A DNA stretch of 64,000 nt from Phaeosaccion multiseriatum. Taxonomy: Eukaryota; Protista; Ochrophyta, other classes. The notes under the pieces were generated by a model that did no database searches, had not been told where the DNA came from, and saw nothing but the letters and a program-made list of their open reading frames with translations. The position numbers were made by a program, and so were the translations under genes. Every line of letters starts with the position of its first letter. Within the stretch, counting starts at the first letter, position 1. Shown here one piece after another: positions 60,260 through 64,000 of the stretch. Location: contig OZ218950.1 of the NCBI GenBank assembly GCA_965112735.1, forward strand, positions 5,518,001 through 5,582,000. The letters run 5' to 3'.

Positions 60260-63200
60260 GCTTCAGCGTGGGCAAAACACACACGACTACCACTACCCAA
60301 GACCTTCACCCTCCAACCCTTAGCGGGAGGTAGGCAACACGCACGGATAGATGGTACTGCTCATCAGAGCACTCCACACACATTCCTCACCTTGGGCTTC
60401 TTACTGTAATCTCCAAAGCCCCCATCCACGACAAAGGGCACATTCCCCTCCTCCTGGCCGGGCAGATAATGGCTGAGCATGACCGGCAGGCCTCTGATCG
60501 CAGCCTCTGCGATGGTGCCGGGCCCGGCTTTGGTGATGATAACGTCGATGGCTCCCATCCACTCGTCCATGTTGCGGACGAAGCCGTTGATGATGACGTG
60601 CACGTTGTCGGGCATGGCCGCCTCCTCCAGCTCGTTTTTCAGCACCGCGTTCTTCCCACACACCACCACCACCTAAGGACAGAACGGAGGGACGGATGGC
60701 ATGGGGCAGGCAATTTGTGTCAGCACTGCTGTTGTGCCGTCTTGAGAAGGACGAGCAGACGAAGCAATTCACTGGGTACCAGGCCTCCCTCGCGGTGTTG
60801 GAGGGGCCTCACGAGGAGCCTCAGGAGGAGCCTGACGAGGAGCCTGCCTGATTGGTGCAGCACCATGCCGTGCTTGAGCTCTTTACCTGAGAGAAGGACA
60901 CTCTCGCTGCGAGCTCGTGGATCAGCGACATTGCTATTGCCCCCAAGCTCCCCACGCCATCCCCTCCTCCGACTATCATGGCTGCCGGCCCTTCCTCCCG
61001 CAGACCCAGCTCCCTCCTGCATGGACGCGGGAGAGAGAGAGAAGAGAGAGAGAGAGAGGGAGGGAGAGAGAGAGACAGAGAGAGAGAGGGACAGAGAGAG
61101 AGACAGAGAGAGAGGGAGAGAGAGAGACAGAGAGAGAGAGGGAGAGAGAGACAAAGAGAGAGGGAGAGGGAGAGAGGGAGAGAGAGGGAGAGAGAGAGTG
61201 AGAGGGAGGGTCGCATAGAAAATGGGGTGAGAAGAGTGTGGGGGAATGAGACAAAGTATCGCCAAACGCCGTGCAGCGCCGCCCCGTGTGTGCATACACA
61301 TACACATATACATACATACATACATACATACATACATACATACATACATACATACATACATACCGGAGTGTGTCCTTTGGGCTGCTGTCTTGCCAGAAGG
61401 CGGGTCGAACGGGCAGACCGAGGTTGTACAGGCGGTCTCTCTCAATGCCCACGTTGTAAGCCACCCGCATGACAGCTTCGCTCGATATAAAAATCTTAAA
61501 AGGAGCATGGGAGGGGGGGTGCGGGCGGAGACGCGCGTGAGAAAGAGAGAGCAAGCAGGGGCACTGTCCCCCCTTCCCTCTTCCTTAGCAGCCCCGTCGA
61601 TGTCCTACTCTTCTAACTAGCCGCACCTCAGCAGCCCCCTACCTTATCGGCTTCGGCATTGAACCAAGTTGGGTGCGCCCCGCCTAAGTCCGTCACCACC
61701 GTTACAAAGGGGAGTTGCCTCTTGCCGTCCTCTCCCAAGAACCGCAGCACTTTCAGTGGGAGGTCCTTCGAGAATCGCAGGGGAGGTGGGGGGCAGGAAA
61801 GCGACAAAGCGATTGAGAACAAACAACAAACTCACACAAACACATTCCACTCCCATTCTGGCTGTTTCCTTCACCAAGCCCTGGTTGCCAGTATCGCTCT
61901 CGATGCGACAGCAAGCAAGCAAGCAAGCAAGCCGGGTGGGTACAGCTAGTCTGCGCCTGTTGACCTCTTTCACCTCCTTCACCTCCTTCACCTCCTTCAC
62001 CTGGCAGAGCGGGTGCACCGAGACTACGAGGTCCGGGTCGTACTCCAGCAGGGCCTCTGTGAAACGATTGAAGTTGCTGAAGGTCATGATGCGGTCGCTC
62101 AACCACCGAGTGGGAGGGAAACGCATGTACTCGTACATCGTCCGCCACACAATGGGGTTTTTGGCCGCGTACTTTAGGGGAGCGCGAGGGGGGGGGGTAA
62201 GGGGGGACTCCAACGGTGAGGGGGGTTTGGAGCGGGAACGGGAAATGGCTTTTGCTCAGCGTAACCCATAATACCCCAGCTTCTCTTTCATACCTGGTAG
62301 GCAGGGACGGCATTGCTGGTGGGCCACCTCGAATGCTCCGTCCAAATATCCACCATGGTGACGTTGAACGATCCTGGAGGAGGACCAGAGTGGAGTGAGG
62401 GAAGGAAGAAGGCGTCTTCCACCCTTTCCATCCATGTACCACCATGCGTCTATTACCTCCCCCCTTACCTGGGTAGAGCTGGTCGAAGGCCGCCTCAAGA
62501 GCCTCTGCCGAAGCCCGGTGGCCCCCGCCAGTGTCGCTCATGAGTATGAGCACGTTCACCTGTCGTGCCGTGTGGTTTTTTTCAGCGCAAAAAAAAGGCA
62601 TCACCCAATATTTGCTGGCGGTGAGGGACATTCGAGCTCTCCTCCCCTAATCATACTCTTCACCTCTCGCCCCTGACGGTCCTGCATACCCATCCTTTGT
62701 GCGTACCTTGGCGTTGCCCCCTCTTGCCCTCCTCTTCCTTGTGACAACCTCAACACTTCGGTTGTTGACCATCTCCGTGTAATTTTTGCGCTGCTCCCGC
62801 AGGTACCTGGCCTTTTGGCTGCCGCGACGATCCTGGTAGTGATCGCCATCGTCTTCTTCAGAGGAATCGGAAGCCACAGCCTCTCCGTTCTGTGGGGGCA
62901 AAGAATTGAGCTCTGCATGAATGCCCACAGTTTTTTTTGCTATTTGCACGGGGGGGCTCTCTTCATTCAAGATGGTCGAGGTGCGCAAATACGAGCATAC
63001 CTCTTTTCTCCTACGCTTCTCTCTTCTGCGGCGGCGGCGCACCAAGGCGGCCTGTCGAAGGTGATTGAAAGCACGTTTGACTTTCGTCCCGTGCCGCGAG
63101 TACCCAACCTTCTCCCAGCACCCCCAGGGAGAAAGACACGGAGCGGGACCGGCAGAGGGGAAAGAGACGGGAGTAACAGGAGAAGGACAAGGGCTGCGTA

Positions 63201-63357
63201 AGACTGGAGTGCGGTATATGACTCGGGCTTGTCTCCTCACCTGATCCGGAAGCTCGCCCTCTTCGATCACCTGCTCCTCCGTGCGCCAACGCGAAAAGAG
63301 TGTGCTGGACCCCAGTGTAACCAGGTGCACCAGCGTGGTGGTGAGCATGATAACCAT
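59805..63357 (-). CDS. MGD: Monogalactosyldiacylglycerol synthase (MGD, GT28), multi-exon; start uncertain
   Basis: 'VLILMSDTGGGHRASAEAL', 'PDLVVSVHPLCQ', 'FVTVVTDLGGAHPTWF', 'LGLPVRPAF', 'VGGGDGVGSL', 'MDEWMGAIDVIITKAGPGTIAEAAIRGLP...LPGQEEGNVPFVVDGGFG'. Confidence 0.95.
61030..61363. repeat. (GA)n-rich tract and (CATA)n microsatellite in MGD intron
   Basis: On the minus strand, (GTAT)n starts at the 5' splice site (61363) and a (TC)n tract lies before the acceptor. Confidence 0.9.
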
Positions 63358-63651
63358 CCTACCCCTTCTATGCATGCATTGAAGCGTTTGCAGAGGTACG
63401 TGCAAAGCAATTGGATAATGGGTGCGGTGTTGGGCACTTGAATTACAACTCGCCAACTTTGCTATTTGTAGGATTTGAACGTTGCACGTACGTACCCGTA
63501 CGTAGCCCTCCCCGCCCCTCCTTCTCTGTAATTTTACTTCGTACTTTGCTTTTCGCCGGGATACAGAACAGTTCAGTCTTTTGGGCCTGGAGATTGTGCA
63601 GTAGCGAGTGGGAAGAGGGGAAGGCCTACGGATCGCCAAAGGGGCCTCACG

Positions 63652-64000
63652 ATGCAGGCAAGACTGAAAGGGCCAAGGGCTGGCTCCACTCTCACCACTC
63701 TTCTCGAAGGGCGGGTCCCTTTGTGCAGGTAAGTCTTAAAGAGCCAAAAATTACACTTGCACTCAAAGGGACAGAGGCGACGGAACTATAAATCCCGACT
63801 TTTCGCATACACCCCACTGTATAATTCGAGACCGATTTTGCATTGTGTTGGTTGGCCCCAGGCCCCTCCCCACCCGCCCCCAGCCGCGGTGTCTCAACGC
63901 GTGACACTTGCTGGGTAAGAGCCTGCCCTTACGCCATTCCAAATCACTCGCTGCCCTCTCTCCGACTCACGCATGAATGACGATGCCTCAGATGCGTGAG
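63652..64000 (+). CDS. Possible first exons of a further + strand gene running off the window
   Basis: ATG at 63652 is open to a strong donor AG|GTAAGT (63729). After acceptor ...CCCCAG (63883) a short in-frame exon ends at GG|GTAAGA. No homology recognised. Confidence 0.3.

Noticed and set aside
1-64000. Introner-type (repeated, transposon-derived) introns
   Set aside because: The introns do not share recognisable sequence with each other. The two MITE-like elements sit inside introns rather than forming them.
1-64000. Prokaryotic or viral systems, rRNA/tRNA genes, autonomous transposons
   Set aside because: All recognisable genes are spliceosomal-intron eukaryotic genes. No transposase, reverse transcriptase, integrase or structural RNA signature was recognised by eye; tRNAscan/Infernal would be needed to exclude small RNAs.

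Overview
Gene-dense, GC-rich, intron-rich eukaryotic nuclear DNA. The organism is probably a flagellated photosynthetic stramenopile (ochrophyte). This is inferred from IFT172, a BBS10-like chaperonin, MGDG synthase, sterol methyltransferase and a 'R.G.W...LP..EGT.L..LL...L.C...RISKK' domain typical of stramenopile proteins. The ORF track is mostly exon fragments and repeat-derived noise, so I assembled about 19 multi-exon genes by eye from GT/GC-AG junctions. In order: CEPT-like (+, partial), IFT172 (-), choline transporter-like (+), two divergent V-ATPase c-subunit paralogs (-/+), BBS10-like (-), RING + stramenopile domain + GAF protein (+), IQ/LRR protein (-), Hikeshi/OPI10 (+), proteasome beta-2 (+), PPR protein (-), sterol C24-methyltransferase (+), RBM42-like (-), HERP-like UBL membrane protein (+), inositol polyphosphate 5-phosphatase (-), two hypothetical proteins (+,-), CHK2-like kinase (+) and MGDG synthase (-). 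The most notable observations are: (1) near-perfect strand alternation, with head-to-head pairs only about 115-450 bp apart; (2) two related intronic MITE-like elements sharing a 16-bp hairpin motif; (3) tandem repeats that begin exactly at 5' splice sites, some giving in-frame alternative donors; (4) frequent AAG splice acceptors; (5) a RING-GAF putative sensor/regulator; (6) a C-terminal PIP-box-like motif on the CHK2-like kinase. No rRNA, tRNA or CRISPR array was seen. CDS coordinates are outer gene spans including introns, and some start codons are uncertain.
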